From: a virus
Direction: 5' to 3' (one strand)
Virus record (IMG/VR): IMGVR_UViG_3300030116_004952
Span: 12,530 to 76,529 of that record
Length of the DNA: 64,000 nucleotides
This document shows positions 1 to 10,834 of the stretch, in pieces. Each line of letters starts with the position of its first letter. The first letter of the stretch is position 1. The notes beneath the pieces were generated by a model. The model was given only the letters and a program-made list of their open reading frames with translations. It was not told the DNA's origin and made no database searches. Position numbers and translations under genes: made by a program.

Positions 1-3000
1 AAAGATACAAAGTTTATGTTATTTAAAGGCCCAATTAAAACTACTACTGCTATTGCTTTTTCAGCAGGTATTAAAAATGAACTACAAAATTCTCTTGTTG
101 TTTCATCACCTTTATTTTATTTGCTAGATAGTTCTCTAAATAAAAAAGGAGAACTCGACCATAATACTAAATATTACGCTAGGTTGAATCAAACAGATGG
201 TGTAACAACGACTCTTGATTCCGCTTCACAAAATTATGTTTTCTTAACTGAGCAGGAATACTCAAATAAAATTTTAGATTACAGTAAATATTCAATGCAA
301 CTTACTTTAGTAGATAAACTAAGAGAACGTGATGACCCAAGCATACACATTTCCAACGAAGGTATTACAATTAATGGGCCAGATGCAGATGATTATGACG
401 AAATTTTTCCTAATGCTAGAAGAGATAGTGATGATTTAATTAGTCCAGTAATTCAGTATGTTACAAAAGGCCCAATTAGATATTTACATTATGACTATTC
501 TCCGACAAAAGTAAATGTATTAGAAAATGTAATTGACAATAAATTAGAACAATCTATTGGAAATCGTGGAGGTTTTTGTGAAACTAAGATTTTAAATCCT
601 AGCAGAATACTTACAAGTAAAATTAAAGAATTTGACAAGTATAGAGTCAGACATAGAGTATTTACTGGAGATTTAAATGAATTTGTAGATATGAAGATTA
701 CATTAGGTTCTCATATTTCTAGTAGGCAATATAATATTATTACCGATTATAGTGATGCTAGAAACTTTATTAATGTTGGAGATGAAGTTAGAATAGGAAC
801 TAGGATTCTATTATGTAGTGCCATTACAACTTCAACAATTACATTTGAAGAATATAGTAGATTAGAGACAGAATCTTCTTTTACTAATTCCACAAGTTTA
901 ACTTCTTTAACAGGAACGCTACAAAGAAGAGCATATAATTATCAAGACAATACAATTTTAACTTCATTCAATTTGCTTGCAGGTAGGACTTCCGAATTGT
1001 ATGTTAAAACAATGTCAAAGGATATGGAATTTATTGAATCATCTGTAAGTTCTGCTGATGCTACTCATGGACTAATTACACTAAGTTCTAATTCTCAAAG
1101 TTATTCTTCTGATTCTTCACTTAGATATTCTTTAGGTTCTTATCACATAGAAGTAGAAAGGTTTTCTGGAACAATTGAAAAGATTGATTCTTATAAAGAA
1201 GATTCGCAGAACTATGTAGAACTTTCTGGAAGAAGTGATATTAGTAAATTATTTGGACCAATTATTAATAAAGATACAACATTTTCAGAAGATATTATTT
1301 ATTCTACTCTAAGCCCGTATAATACTCTAGCAAATGTAAAAGCGGGAACTACTCATTCTGTTGCTTTAGGTGCTACTCAAATAGATACCGATATTAAAAT
1401 CTCAGGCTTACAGACGTTTGATAATGACCCTTCAGTTATAGGAACAAGAATATTTAGCGAAAACGGCTATATTGGTGAAGTTATTGGTATTTCTACACAT
1501 GGTGCTTCAAGAAGAAGATTAACGATTACACCGTCTTTAACGGAATTAAATAGCGAAGCAATTTATATGGAGACAGATAAAAACTATATATTTAGTAAAG
1601 CATTAGGTTCATCTCATCTTACATCAGCAAATCCTACTTCATTAAGTGGTTCTGCTGGAAAAGGAGTTTTCTTTACAAGTGGTAAAGAAATCACAATGTC
1701 TGATGGTTCAGAAGGAAATGATTTAGTCGGGAGTAGTATCAATACAAATCCAAAAGCAATTGGCTATCATATTAATAGTCCTGTGTCTATCAATAATGAT
1801 AATGAATTTCAAACAAAATTTGTAGATGAAATAGGAACTGAGGAAAATTCATCCTTTGATACTGTAAATACCTTAATTGACTTTGAAGTAGTTTCGACTA
1901 CAAAAAAGAACAATGTTACTGAAATTGAACTAGCACCTTATGTTCCTATTACTTTAGGGAGAAAAACTCACTTCTATGAAGATGTTAGTGAAATGTCTTT
2001 TACTAGTGTAGGAACAATAGCGCAAAGCATTGGTAACGTAGATAATTTATACTTTAAAATGTCTACTTCTAATGTTCACACTTTAAATAAAGGCGACCCT
2101 TTATTTTTTGTTCCAAATGAAACACCTAACGCTGATAAAGTATTTATTGGTCATGTTTTTCAAATTGTTCATACTGCAACAACTACAAATTCAAATGAAA
2201 CTTATATCCAATTAGATAGAACTCCAGAAGATTTAGATACTGGGGATTTTATATTTTTAGGAACAAAACCAACTAATGAATTGGCTTTAGTAAATGGGGC
2301 GCATCTTTGGGGAGGAAAAGTATTAATTAAACCACATCCTAAATTTATTTCGCTAAATTCAATTAATAACTTAGTTCCACTAAATGTAGAAAGCACAACT
2401 GTTTCTGGTGATTACTTCAGTAGGTTTGGGCAACCTTACTATAAAATTACAGGAATATCTAATGGAACATTTGGATTAAACTTACCTCTAGTAACAAACG
2501 CTTCCAAAATCATAAGAACGCCTTATGAATTTAAAGGTAAATTTAGTTATTTAGCAAATACTTACAATTTTAAACCTAAAACATCTTCCAATAATATAAC
2601 AAATGCCCATACTACATCTAGTTCACATAGAGTATTGCCTTTAGAAGAAAGGGGATTGACTAGTGCATTTGGCTCTAATTTCTCCGATACTCGTATTCAT
2701 CCCACCGCTAATCGTTCAATATTACAATTAGGTTTTACTGAACAAAGAACAAAGGCAGCATTATCTTTTGATAGTGAATCTTCTGCAAGGTTATTTATTT
2801 ATGTTAATGGAGATATTTTACCATATAGTAGTTTAAGAAAAGACAGTTTGATGTGTGATTCGAATAAGGACATAAATAATTATAATTTACTTTTAATGGA
2901 AAATAAAAAACAAAAAGATTCTTTATTTGGAGGCGGAGATAGATTACTTCTTAAAGATAATAATTTTCAAACAGTAACATTCAACACTTCCCAAGATATA

Positions 3001-5718
3001 TCCCAACTTAATAGGTTTGGCATAATGCGACTTACTGAGGTGTGTTTTGATTTCTTTTATAATATAATTAATCCAGAAAAACCGATTCCAAAGACTAGAA
3101 ATAATGACAATTATGGAATTTCAACACTATTAGGAACAAGCACATCCGTAGGAACAATTAGCAGTATTGTTGATGATGTGATTGAATTTACTGGTTCAGT
3201 AAGCGTTTCTACTGATGATTATCTTTATGATGATAAAGGTAGATTAATAGGACAATTACAAAGTGGAACTCCTATTAGTGGTAATCAATACAGGTTAAAG
3301 GCAGATGGTTATTTAACAAATAATGGAAGTGCTGCAACAAATTGTATAAAAATTGTAAATACAACTATCATTAAAAAAGGAAGAAATAAAAAAGATACTT
3401 TTGCTAGAGTAGATTCTGTTTCTTTACATCCCCTAAAGTGCTGTGTTATTCCAAAAGATAGTCTATATGGAGACGATTCGGGTGATGATGCTTATTCTGC
3501 TAATGGAGGTGCTTCTGTTACTTTTCAAACAAGCGGTGCAGGTAATAGAGATTCAGAAATTGTCGGCCCAGTTGCTTTTGATTCTAACGTCTTATCTAAT
3601 TCAAACTATAACATAGGACAATTTTTAGTATTACAACAAATGTCAAATAATGAAAGCGTAGGGTTTTATGCAACAGTAAGAGGACATAATAGTATTATCG
3701 GTGTTTCTTTAGATAGATTTGGAATAGAAGATGGTGGCAAATATAAACTAGTGGAAGGTAATACTACTCAATTATTATTGGGAGATACCGCAGGTGCAGC
3801 AGTTATCAATAGTGCTGATTATCATGCCACTATTGGTTCTCTATATGCATTTAAATCATTAGATAATATATCTGCCTCTAGTCGCACATTTGGTGGCTCA
3901 AAACCCTATGAAGCAGATGGAACAATAATGTGTTTTAAGCCAAGACTTTGGATTGATGCGGATAGTTCTACTGGAAATTATTCAGTAAGTGATATTACTT
4001 CCTCAGCGGGAACTCTTAAAAAAGTAGTAATCAAAACAACAAAAGTAACTATTTCTGGACAAAGAACATTTGTAAATACTTTTTTAAAATTTATTGATTT
4101 GACAGGTTGCTATCTTGTTCCAGAAAAAGGAGTTAATGCTCAAGGAGATTCCATTACAAGCGGTTCGTATGAAACAAGGGCAGGAATGAATAATTCAATT
4201 CCTCAAAATGGAACAAACAATAATGAATTAATTCATGTTATTTCTCATGAAGTTTCTAATAGTGATAGTGAAGAACACCACTTAATTTGCACAGCAGAAT
4301 TGGAAGATGAAACTGGTTATAGAATACTTCAACCTAACGAAACCTGTTTTTATGAATTTATGCCAAAGACAATAAAATTTAATTTTCTTTCCTCCGAATA
4401 TACTAAAAAGGCTTATAAAGATGAAGTTTATGATGAAATAAAAGAGTCTTATTTTCATAAAGACGGTAAATTAGTCAATAATAATATTTATTCAGATGAG
4501 GCTATTTTATCTATGTTTGTTATTGTTGATACTGATAAACAATCCACCGAAGAGGGCTTAGTTTTGACCTCTACCGATAATTTCTTTTCTACTAAATTAC
4601 CAGATGGTGATTATATTATGAATTTTAGCGATGGAGAAGAGTCTGAAAAAATATCATTTACATCGAAATCTAATAATAAATACGAATCCATAGAATTAGG
4701 TAAAGGAATAAATAGACAGGGTATTGTTTCTGTTTCTGAAACTTTTACTGTAACTTCAAATGATGCATTACAAATTAATCCTAGTAGGGCTTGTATAGGA
4801 ACAACTGTTACTATTGCAAATGAAACAGAAGAACTTATCAATGAATTAATGGAAGAGAATGACATAGCATTCGATTTAGAAACTCAAGATTATCCATTAT
4901 ATTTAGCACCTAATTATCAAGGTGTTGATTTATTTTCAGCAATCAACTTCTTACTAGAACAAAAAGACTTAACTCTCTTTGAAGAAAATGATACGTTTAA
5001 AATTAAAAACCGATTATCAAATGATTTCTTCAAAGGCATCATTCTTAATGAAACGGGAGAATATCAGATATTTGATTTTGAAGAGTCAAAGAATATGTTT
5101 AACTTTTATAACCAAATTACCGTCTATGGAAGAAACCATAAGAAGGTCAGAAAGGATATTAGAAGCATCAATGATGTTGGTTTGAAAGCCTTTGAAGTTT
5201 TCAATACTGAACTTACAACTCAAGAAGATGTAAATAAAGAAGCATCGGCATTACTTAAATTACATTCCTCGTCAAATAAAAAACTAAAGATTACTGTTGG
5301 GCATTCTAAGATTTCACAAATTAAAGTAGGAGATATAATTAATGTTGAGATACCTAGAGAAAATATTCCGCTTTCTCAATTCATGGTATTGCAAATAGAA
5401 TATTTACTTGCTGGATTAATGGTATTAGAACTAGGAAAGTATAGCAAAGGGTTGGAAGATAGATTTGCTGATTTAATTATACAAAACAAAAAGATTAATT
5501 CTCAATTAAGAAATGAATCTTTCAAGGAATCAGAAAGTTTAGACTTCTTAGAAGAACTTAAGATTAATCAAATAAGACTATTTGCTCGAAAAAGAACATC
5601 AGGAGGCACTTTTAAGTTGGGATTCGGAACAGCATTAAATACGGGAACAACTACGCTTGGTTATGGGGTCGGCACAGGCATTACATTCACTACTTTGATA
5701 GATGAGGAATTAATATGA
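1..5718 (+). CDS. Very large virion/tail structural protein, probably 5'-truncated by the window edge
   Basis: Frame is open from base 1 (track start 16). S/T/N/G-rich and beta-rich. The C-terminal NQITVYG...IKVGDIINVEIP segment resembles phage tail/baseplate hub proteins. Followed by tail-type genes. Confidence 0.6.
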   Translation, partial: KDTKFMLFKGPIKTTTAIAFSAGIKNELQNSLVVSSPLFYLLDSSLNKKGELDHNTKYYARLNQTDGVTTTLDSASQNYVFLTEQEYSNKILDYSKYSMQLTLVDKLRERDDPSIHISNEGITINGPDADDYDEIFPNARRDSDDLISPVIQYVTKGPIRYLHYDYSPTKVNVLENVIDNKLEQSIGNRGGFCETKILNPSRILTSKIKEFDKYRVRHRVFTGDLNEFVDMKITLGSHISSRQYNIITDYSDARNFINVGDEVRIGTRILLCSAITTSTITFEEYSRLETESSFTNSTSLTSLTGTLQRRAYNYQDNTILTSFNLLAGRTSELYVKTMSKDMEFIESSVSSADATHGLITLSSNSQSYSSDSSLRYSLGSYHIEVERFSGTIEKIDSYKEDSQNYVELSGRSDISKLFGPIINKDTTFSEDIIYSTLSPYNTLANVKAGTTHSVALGATQIDTDIKISGLQTFDNDPSVIGTRIFSENGYIGEVIGISTHGASRRRLTITPSLTELNSEAIYMETDKNYIFSKALGSSHLTSANPTSLSGSAGKGVFFTSGKEITMSDGSEGNDLVGSSINTNPKAIGYHINSPVSINNDNEFQTKFVDEIGTEENSSFDTVNTLIDFEVVSTTKKNNVTEIELAPYVPITLGRKTHFYEDVSEMSFTSVGTIAQSIGNVDNLYFKMSTSNVHTLNKGDPLFFVPNETPNADKVFIGHVFQIVHTATTTNSNETYIQLDRTPEDLDTGDFIFLGTKPTNELALVNGAHLWGGKVLIKPHPKFISLNSINNLVPLNVESTTVSGDYFSRFGQPYYKITGISNGTFGLNLPLVTNASKIIRTPYEFKGKFSYLANTYNFKPKTSSNNITNAHTTSSSHRVLPLEERGLTSAFGSNFSDTRIHPTANRSILQLGFTEQRTKAALSFDSESSARLFIYVNGDILPYSSLRKDSLMCDSNKDINNYNLLLMENKKQKDSLFGGGDRLLLKDNNFQTVTFNTSQDISQLNRFGIMRLTEVCFDFFYNIINPEKPIPKTRNNDNYGISTLLGTSTSVGTISSIVDDVIEFTGSVSVSTDDYLYDDKGRLIGQLQSGTPISGNQYRLKADGYLTNNGSAATNCIKIVNTTIIKKGRNKKDTFARVDSVSLHPLKCCVIPKDSLYGDDSGDDAYSANGGASVTFQTSGAGNRDSEIVGPVAFDSNVLSNSNYNIGQFLVLQQMSNNESVGFYATVRGHNSIIGVSLDRFGIEDGGKYKLVEGNTTQLLLGDTAGAAVINSADYHATIGSLYAFKSLDNISASSRTFGGSKPYEADGTIMCFKPRLWIDADSSTGNYSVSDITSSAGTLKKVVIKTTKVTISGQRTFVNTFLKFIDLTGCYLVPEKGVNAQGDSITSGSYETRAGMNNSIPQNGTNNNELIHVISHEVSNSDSEEHHLICTAELEDETGYRILQPNETCFYEFMPKTIKFNFLSSEYTKKAYKDEVYDEIKESYFHKDGKLVNNNIYSDEAILSMFVIVDTDKQSTEEGLVLTSTDNFFSTKLPDGDYIMNFSDGEESEKISFTSKSNNKYESIELGKGINRQGIVSVSETFTVTSNDALQINPSRACIGTTVTIANETEELINELMEENDIAFDLETQDYPLYLAPNYQGVDLFSAINFLLEQKDLTLFEENDTFKIKNRLSNDFFKGIILNETGEYQIFDFEESKNMFNFYNQITVYGRNHKKVRKDIRSINDVGLKAFEVFNTELTTQEDVNKEASALLKLHSSSNKKLKITVGHSKISQIKVGDIINVEIPRENIPLSQFMVLQIEYLLAGLMVLELGKYSKGLEDRFADLIIQNKKINSQLRNESFKESESLDFLEELKINQIRLFARKRTSGGTFKLGFGTALNTGTTTLGYGVGTGITFTTLIDEELI

Positions 5719-6062
5719 TTACAGACAAATTAAAAGAATTAGTAACAACAAACATACGAACTACCATAAACAATGGTAAAATAGGACAAGGTGGTAATTC
5801 AACAAGTCCAGCCGCTACGACCTTAGATGTTCCTTTATCTACTGCAACGTCTACATTTGCCGCAGTTAAATCAGATACAAATGTAATTGAAATTCAAGCA
5901 ATTTTTCAAGGGGCTACTTCTTCTATGACAGGTAAAGTAATTAGAGAGTTTGGTATTTTTGATTCTAGTTCTAATCTTCTAGCGAGGGTTAATTTTGATG
6001 GAGTCGGCCCATTTGCATCAAATGAAGATTTAGAACTATTTTTAACAATAGAGGTGGAATGA
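5715..6062 (+). CDS. Tail-collar/baseplate-type small structural protein
   Basis: IREFGIFDSSSNLLARVNF resembles the tail-collar fibre protein motif; ATGA overlap with the upstream gene. Confidence 0.55.
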   Translation: MITDKLKELVTTNIRTTINNGKIGQGGNSTSPAATTLDVPLSTATSTFAAVKSDTNVIEIQAIFQGATSSMTGKVIREFGIFDSSSNLLARVNFDGVGPFASNEDLELFLTIEVE

Positions 6063-6063
6063 T

Positions 6064-7452
6064 ATGGCTGATAATAACCCGCACCAATTTAGCACACAAA
6101 CAACAAATGTAACTTTTGCACAAATAACCGATGATACAGATTTTCCGCATACAGGTTTAATTAAAGCATTAAGTCTTATGGGAAAAGGAAACATGGCTTT
6201 AAAAGGTTCAGTAACGGATTTTGATATAACTCAAGCAACTACTGGGAATGTTGTTGTTGTAAAATCGGGTAAAATTTACCGTGATGGGGCTTTACACACT
6301 ATTCCTTCTGGTGGGGCAGATACAAATTTTACTTCAAGTGCATTTGATACTTCAACAGGAGGTAATAGTTATTACCATTTATTAGTTGCGGATTCTTCTA
6401 ATACATTACAAATTAGAAAACATGGAAGTTCAACTGCAAATCGAGTTCCAGAATATGACGAAGGAGATACTATTATTGCAGTAATTATGTTTAACTCCAC
6501 ATCTGCTCCTTTAGGAAGTATGCAGATTCAATTTTTAACAACAAGTAAAGTTTCTAATAATCTAAATATTGGCTATTCTACTGGAACTGCACCAAATGAT
6601 ATTTACAATGAGGCCATGTCAATAGAAGGAAGCGCAACAAGAACTTTATTTAAGAATAAAGTTGCTGATGCTGACATTAGATTTGTATTAGCAGATAATA
6701 CGGCTGATGAGAGATTTGAGATTTATAGTGATGATGATTCAGATGGAGATGAAGGAGATACTGCTTTATTTACAGTAAATGGATTAGGTGCGACTTCAAT
6801 CGCAGGAACAGTTAATTTAGGAAGTGTAGCCAATGCTGGAACAGATACAGATAAATTCTTAGTTTTAGATAGTGGCGGAAATGTAGATTTTAGAACTGGA
6901 ACAGAAGTAAGAAGCGATATTGGAGCAGGAACATTAAGTGCAGAATCAGATACTTTAGATTTAGTTACAGGAAGAGGTAATACTACGGGTAATAGCATTA
7001 CTTGTGCTAACGTTACAGCAACTGCGGGATTAGTGGGAGATACTGCTACTGCTACTACTGCTTTAACAACTAATGGTTTAATGTTTAAAAGAGGTGAAGC
7101 GTTTAGTGCAACTTTAGGCGGTGGTGTTCCTGTTGCTCCTACATTTACAACTAGTATTATTTATATTCACGATGCTACGGGTAATGCCTTTACTTTACCA
7201 CCACCTTCTTCAGTTGCTAATTCAGTTTTTACAATAAGAAATTTAGGAACTGCTACTACTGCTATTACTGTTCTTGGTGGAGGTAAAATTGATTTTGTTC
7301 CGTCTATTGCGGGAACTTCTTTAACAGGTCATCGTTTGGTGAATGTTGCTGACCAAATAGATTTACCTGTTGGAGATACTGTTGTTGTTCATGCAGTTTC
7401 TGACGGTAATCCAGCACCACTACAAGATTCTTATTATATTATTAGTCCTTAA
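6064..7452 (+). CDS. Putative tail fibre / minor virion protein
   Basis: T/G/A/S-rich; DTLDLVTGRGNTT segment and C-terminal FTLP...FTIRN module typical of fibre proteins. Confidence 0.55.
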   Translation: MADNNPHQFSTQTTNVTFAQITDDTDFPHTGLIKALSLMGKGNMALKGSVTDFDITQATTGNVVVVKSGKIYRDGALHTIPSGGADTNFTSSAFDTSTGGNSYYHLLVADSSNTLQIRKHGSSTANRVPEYDEGDTIIAVIMFNSTSAPLGSMQIQFLTTSKVSNNLNIGYSTGTAPNDIYNEAMSIEGSATRTLFKNKVADADIRFVLADNTADERFEIYSDDDSDGDEGDTALFTVNGLGATSIAGTVNLGSVANAGTDTDKFLVLDSGGNVDFRTGTEVRSDIGAGTLSAESDTLDLVTGRGNTTGNSITCANVTATAGLVGDTATATTALTTNGLMFKRGEAFSATLGGGVPVAPTFTTSIIYIHDATGNAFTLPPPSSVANSVFTIRNLGTATTAITVLGGGKIDFVPSIAGTSLTGHRLVNVADQIDLPVGDTVVVHAVSDGNPAPLQDSYYIISP

Positions 7453-7453
7453 T

Positions 7454-7534
7454 ATGCAATTAATAATATTAGCGATTATAGCCTTTATCTGTGGCTTTGT
7501 TTTAACATGGCTAGGAACGATAGATGACTTTTGA
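7454..7534 (+). CDS. 26-aa hydrophobic membrane peptide
   Basis: Manual translation MQLIILAIIAFICGFVLTWLGTIDDF*, starting 2 nt after the upstream stop. Confidence 0.4.
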   Translation: MQLIILAIIAFICGFVLTWLGTIDDF

Positions 7535-7540
7535 AAAGCC

Positions 7541-7583
7541 AAAAAAAAGAGGGCGAGGCAACCCTAAAGTTACCTCGCCCTTT
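7541..7583. terminator. Hairpin terminator at the convergence of the + and - gene blocks
   Basis: AGAGGGCGAGGCAAC-cctaaa-GTTACCTCGCCCTTT with an A8 tract on the left (U-tract on - strand). Confidence 0.7.
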
Positions 7584-7725
7584 AATGCGTTTTTACTGAC
7601 CAAATCTTATAACAAGACCTACATTCCCAAAGTTTAACTTGTTCAGTCGAACCTACATAGAATCCGACTAAACGCTTCGCTAATGTGTTTTCACCACAAT
7701 AACGACAAGTTTGTTTTAAACTCAT
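7582..7725 (-). CDS. 47-aa zinc-ribbon protein
   Basis: Manual translation MSLKQTCRYCG...WECRSCYKIWSVKTH* with two CxxC pairs. Confidence 0.6.
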   Translation of the reverse strand: MSLKQTCRYCGENTLAKRLVGFYVGSTEQVKLWECRSCYKIWSVKTH

Positions 7726-7871
7726 TGTTCGCCTTCCTTGTTTCTCATCAATCTTCTCATATAATCTTCAACGCTATCATCGGTGATATTTGTTCCACCA
7801 AATGCAGCGAAAAAGAGCAATAAGAGAACTGTTAAGAAAACAAGAAGAAAGAACCAATCCCAGCCTTCCAT
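7722..7871 (-). CDS. 49-aa membrane protein
   Basis: MEGWDWFFLLVFLTVLLLLFFAAFGG...; overlaps both neighbours by start/stop. Confidence 0.55.
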   Translation of the reverse strand: MEGWDWFFLLVFLTVLLLLFFAAFGGTNITDDSVEDYMRRLMRNKEGEQ

Positions 7872-8485
7872 TACCAATCAACTCCCAATTCAACAAATTG
7901 TTCTTGTTCAACAGAAAATGCTTTAACTAAACCATTATCCTGCCCATACTTCCATAAGTCATACACTAGTTGAGTATCTTTCATACAATACTCTACTACT
8001 TCATCATACTTACCCATCTTCCATAATTTAGGTGCATCGGCACTATCCATGAGTTTAGAATCATCCATAGTGCATTTAACTAAATTACTCAGTTGAAATC
8101 GTTCACCATGTTCTTTATTCAAGATTCTACTTGTATCAATATACTTCTTTTCATCAAGGTATTTATTGATGCAGAATATATCTAATGAATCTCTAAGAAT
8201 TGGTAAATCAAATGAAGCAATATTATGTCCTAGTAATAATCCACCCTTTTGCAAATGTTCATCTAAGTCATATTTTAATTCTCTAATAGATTTAATTACA
8301 TGACCCGATTTAGCAAAAGAATCAACAGGTTCATCAACATAAACAGTTCCATTATTTCCATCCCATGTAGCAACTGTTGATACTTGAAACATATGAGTAT
8401 TTCCAAATCCACCAATGTCATAAGACATATTTTTGGTTTCTAAGTCAATAGCCATTACAGACATAGTTATCATTCCTGTTGCCAA
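7871..8485 (-). CDS. DEDD-type 3'-5' exonuclease (RNase H-like fold)
   Basis: ExoI AIDLET, ExoII GHNIASFDL, ExoIII YCMKD. Confidence 0.8.
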   Translation of the reverse strand: MATGMITMSVMAIDLETKNMSYDIGGFGNTHMFQVSTVATWDGNNGTVYVDEPVDSFAKSGHVIKSIRELKYDLDEHLQKGGLLLGHNIASFDLPILRDSLDIFCINKYLDEKKYIDTSRILNKEHGERFQLSNLVKCTMDDSKLMDSADAPKLWKMGKYDEVVEYCMKDTQLVYDLWKYGQDNGLVKAFSVEQEQFVELGVDW

Positions 8486-8691
8486 AGTTTAGAAATCTTC
8501 TTTTGTTCATCATCACCTTTATCTTCTTCAACGTCTGTTCTTCTCTTTAAGAAGCAAACAATATTGTTTCCTGCTACTGTTAGCATAGAACAACATTCCC
8601 AACCATCAGCACCATATGTATCTAAAGATTCAATAATTACTTTTGGCCCTTTTGCTACCTCAAAAACAAGGTATGTGTTTTCCCACTTCAT
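8470..8691 (-). CDS. Small DUF4177-like protein
   Basis: KWEN...LDTYGADGWE...FLKR pattern. Confidence 0.5.
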   Translation of the reverse strand: MKWENTYLVFEVAKGPKVIIESLDTYGADGWECCSMLTVAGNNIVCFLKRRTDVEEDKGDDEQKKISKLWQQE

Positions 8692-10142
8692 TCTTTTTCA
8701 TCTCCTTTATATTTTACGAATACTGAACGGCCAACTTTATCTTCTTCAAACTTATGTGAAATAGTTTTGTAATAGTTGTAAATACTAGGTTGGCTCTTTT
8801 TTGTTTCTTTTTGAACTCTATCAAGGTATAATTTCTTACTTACAAAGCCTTCTTCGTCTTTCTCCATTTCTAAGAATACCTTAATAAAAGATGGAATCAT
8901 GCTCTTTTCCTCAAGAGTCTTGCGTCGAACTCGGAGGCTATCAGTTAGCCAATCCACCAATGACTTATAGCATTGTCGGATAATTGCTGATGCTTGACGG
9001 ACATTATTACCTGTTACAATGAATCGCTTGCTTTTATCCTTAATTGAAGGACTTTGTGCAATAGAACATAATACGCTTAACTTCATCAATGTTTCCATTA
9101 ATCTAGTAGTAAAGTTCCCTGCAATCTCTTTTACTTCTTTACGCTTGCTTTGAATAAACTCATGCATATTTTCATATTCGAGAAGTAAAGAATCATTAAA
9201 ACCATCGGCATATGTCATTGTGTCTAAAGGATTGCGCCCTACTTCTTCATATCTTTCTTTTAGGGTCAAATAGATATTAAATATAGCATTGGCGAATCTT
9301 TCAATTGGTTGATTAACTTCAACATATTTACCTGCCAATGCTATTTGCTCTCTTCTCATCGTGTCTTGAACCTTATCTTCTACCGCCCAAACAAACACTA
9401 GCATTCTTTGAAGCACACCTTTTTCAGCCATTACATCCTCTAAGTTCTTTGGAGGATATGTCATCGCCATTACCGAGCGTTCACAGAAACATTCCATTAC
9501 ATCACCTTCTTTAAGTTTCTTTGTAATAATCCACGATTCACCTGCTAAGGTATTCATTAGAGTATTCAAATATACAATTGAACTTTCTTTGTGTTGCGTT
9601 GCCTTAAATACTCCAGAATATTCAAACTCATCCCAATGAGCCAAACCACTTCCTTCTAAAGCCCCTGCAATTCTTTCCCAATCATCGTTACCATCTTCAT
9701 CAAATACTTTCTTATAATAACCAATAAGAGATGCATCTGTATAATCAACCAATGAAAAGGTATCAAAGATTTTTGGTATTGCAATATCGTTCCTTACTGC
9801 TCTAGGGTGTGCTTGAGTTTCATTTATTTTCTTAAAGACTGATTTAGCAATTGGCCCTACAAAGTTATAAAGAGTTGATTTACCAGTTCCAGATGTTTGA
9901 ATCCAACAAAAGTGGATTCTACTATCTGATACATTTCTACCCTTTGGTATTTGCACAAAGTCTTTTGAAACTTGACCTAAGATAGTAAAGAAAGAAATAG
10001 CCGCAGGAACTTCATTATAGTGTGATACTTCTGTTGCTGATTTCTGAAACTCCTTTACAATTGCAGGTAATGATTCTGACATCGTTCTTCTATCTTCAAA
10101 TACTTCTTCAAGCATTTCTTCGTTAATTTCTTCTTCATTCAT
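8688..10142 (-). CDS. AAA+ replicative helicase, MCM-like
   Basis: Walker A SGTGKS, GALEGSGLAHWDEFE (Walker B), C-terminal wHTH-like tail; lies in the replication block. Confidence 0.7.
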   Translation of the reverse strand: MNEEEINEEMLEEVFEDRRTMSESLPAIVKEFQKSATEVSHYNEVPAAISFFTILGQVSKDFVQIPKGRNVSDSRIHFCWIQTSGTGKSTLYNFVGPIAKSVFKKINETQAHPRAVRNDIAIPKIFDTFSLVDYTDASLIGYYKKVFDEDGNDDWERIAGALEGSGLAHWDEFEYSGVFKATQHKESSIVYLNTLMNTLAGESWIITKKLKEGDVMECFCERSVMAMTYPPKNLEDVMAEKGVLQRMLVFVWAVEDKVQDTMRREQIALAGKYVEVNQPIERFANAIFNIYLTLKERYEEVGRNPLDTMTYADGFNDSLLLEYENMHEFIQSKRKEVKEIAGNFTTRLMETLMKLSVLCSIAQSPSIKDKSKRFIVTGNNVRQASAIIRQCYKSLVDWLTDSLRVRRKTLEEKSMIPSFIKVFLEMEKDEEGFVSKKLYLDRVQKETKKSQPSIYNYYKTISHKFEEDKVGRSVFVKYKGDEKE

Positions 10143-10834
10143 ATTTTCACCTTATCTTCTGAATTTAATACATTAAGTATTCTGTCTGCTAATGTTTTTC
10201 CAAACCCCTCTAGTTTCTGTATTTCAAAACTAGTTTGTTCTCCTATTTCCATAACAGACCCAAAACTATCTATTAACAGTTTTGCTTTTTTATAGGATAC
10301 GCCTTTTATACTTGTTAAAATATCCAACCTTAAATCGTCGGTGCTTATTCTTTTAAATATTTGTGGTCTTATATTTTCTCTTTTAATTGGTTGCATTTTA
10401 CATACTGCGGTAATAATGTCTGATGCTTCTTCTTCGCTATGAACCCAAAATGGCTTTGCATCCATATCTAATGTTATTCTTCCTAATGCTCCTAAAAATT
10501 TATTTCTTAGCATGATTAATCTTGATTTTACAGGTAATGTGCTTTTTGAGTGTTCAATAATTTTCCAGATTCCTTCTTCTAAATCTCCATATATAATAAC
10601 AACATTTGTTTGATAGTGTCTATCCATATTATCTAATTGTGTCCATAATCTTTTTGACATTACAGACCCAATAAAATCTTCAACGGACTTCGCTTCAAAA
10701 CAAACATTATCATATACATAATCTCCTATTTCTAACCATTTCTTTTCTGTCTTTATGTTTAATTTTCGTGCTTTATCTTCGACTAACTTTACTAATCTTG
10801 AACCTTCCTTTTCTCTACTATCAATTATTAACAT
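10139..10834 (-). CDS. ERCC4/XPF (Hef-like) structure-specific nuclease
   Basis: IIDSRE, GDY, EAKSVEDF motifs and C-terminal HhH repeats (IKGVSYKKA, LEGFGKTLA). Confidence 0.9.
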   Translation of the reverse strand: MLIIDSREKEGSRLVKLVEDKARKLNIKTEKKWLEIGDYVYDNVCFEAKSVEDFIGSVMSKRLWTQLDNMDRHYQTNVVIIYGDLEEGIWKIIEHSKSTLPVKSRLIMLRNKFLGALGRITLDMDAKPFWVHSEEEASDIITAVCKMQPIKRENIRPQIFKRISTDDLRLDILTSIKGVSYKKAKLLIDSFGSVMEIGEQTSFEIQKLEGFGKTLADRILNVLNSEDKVKI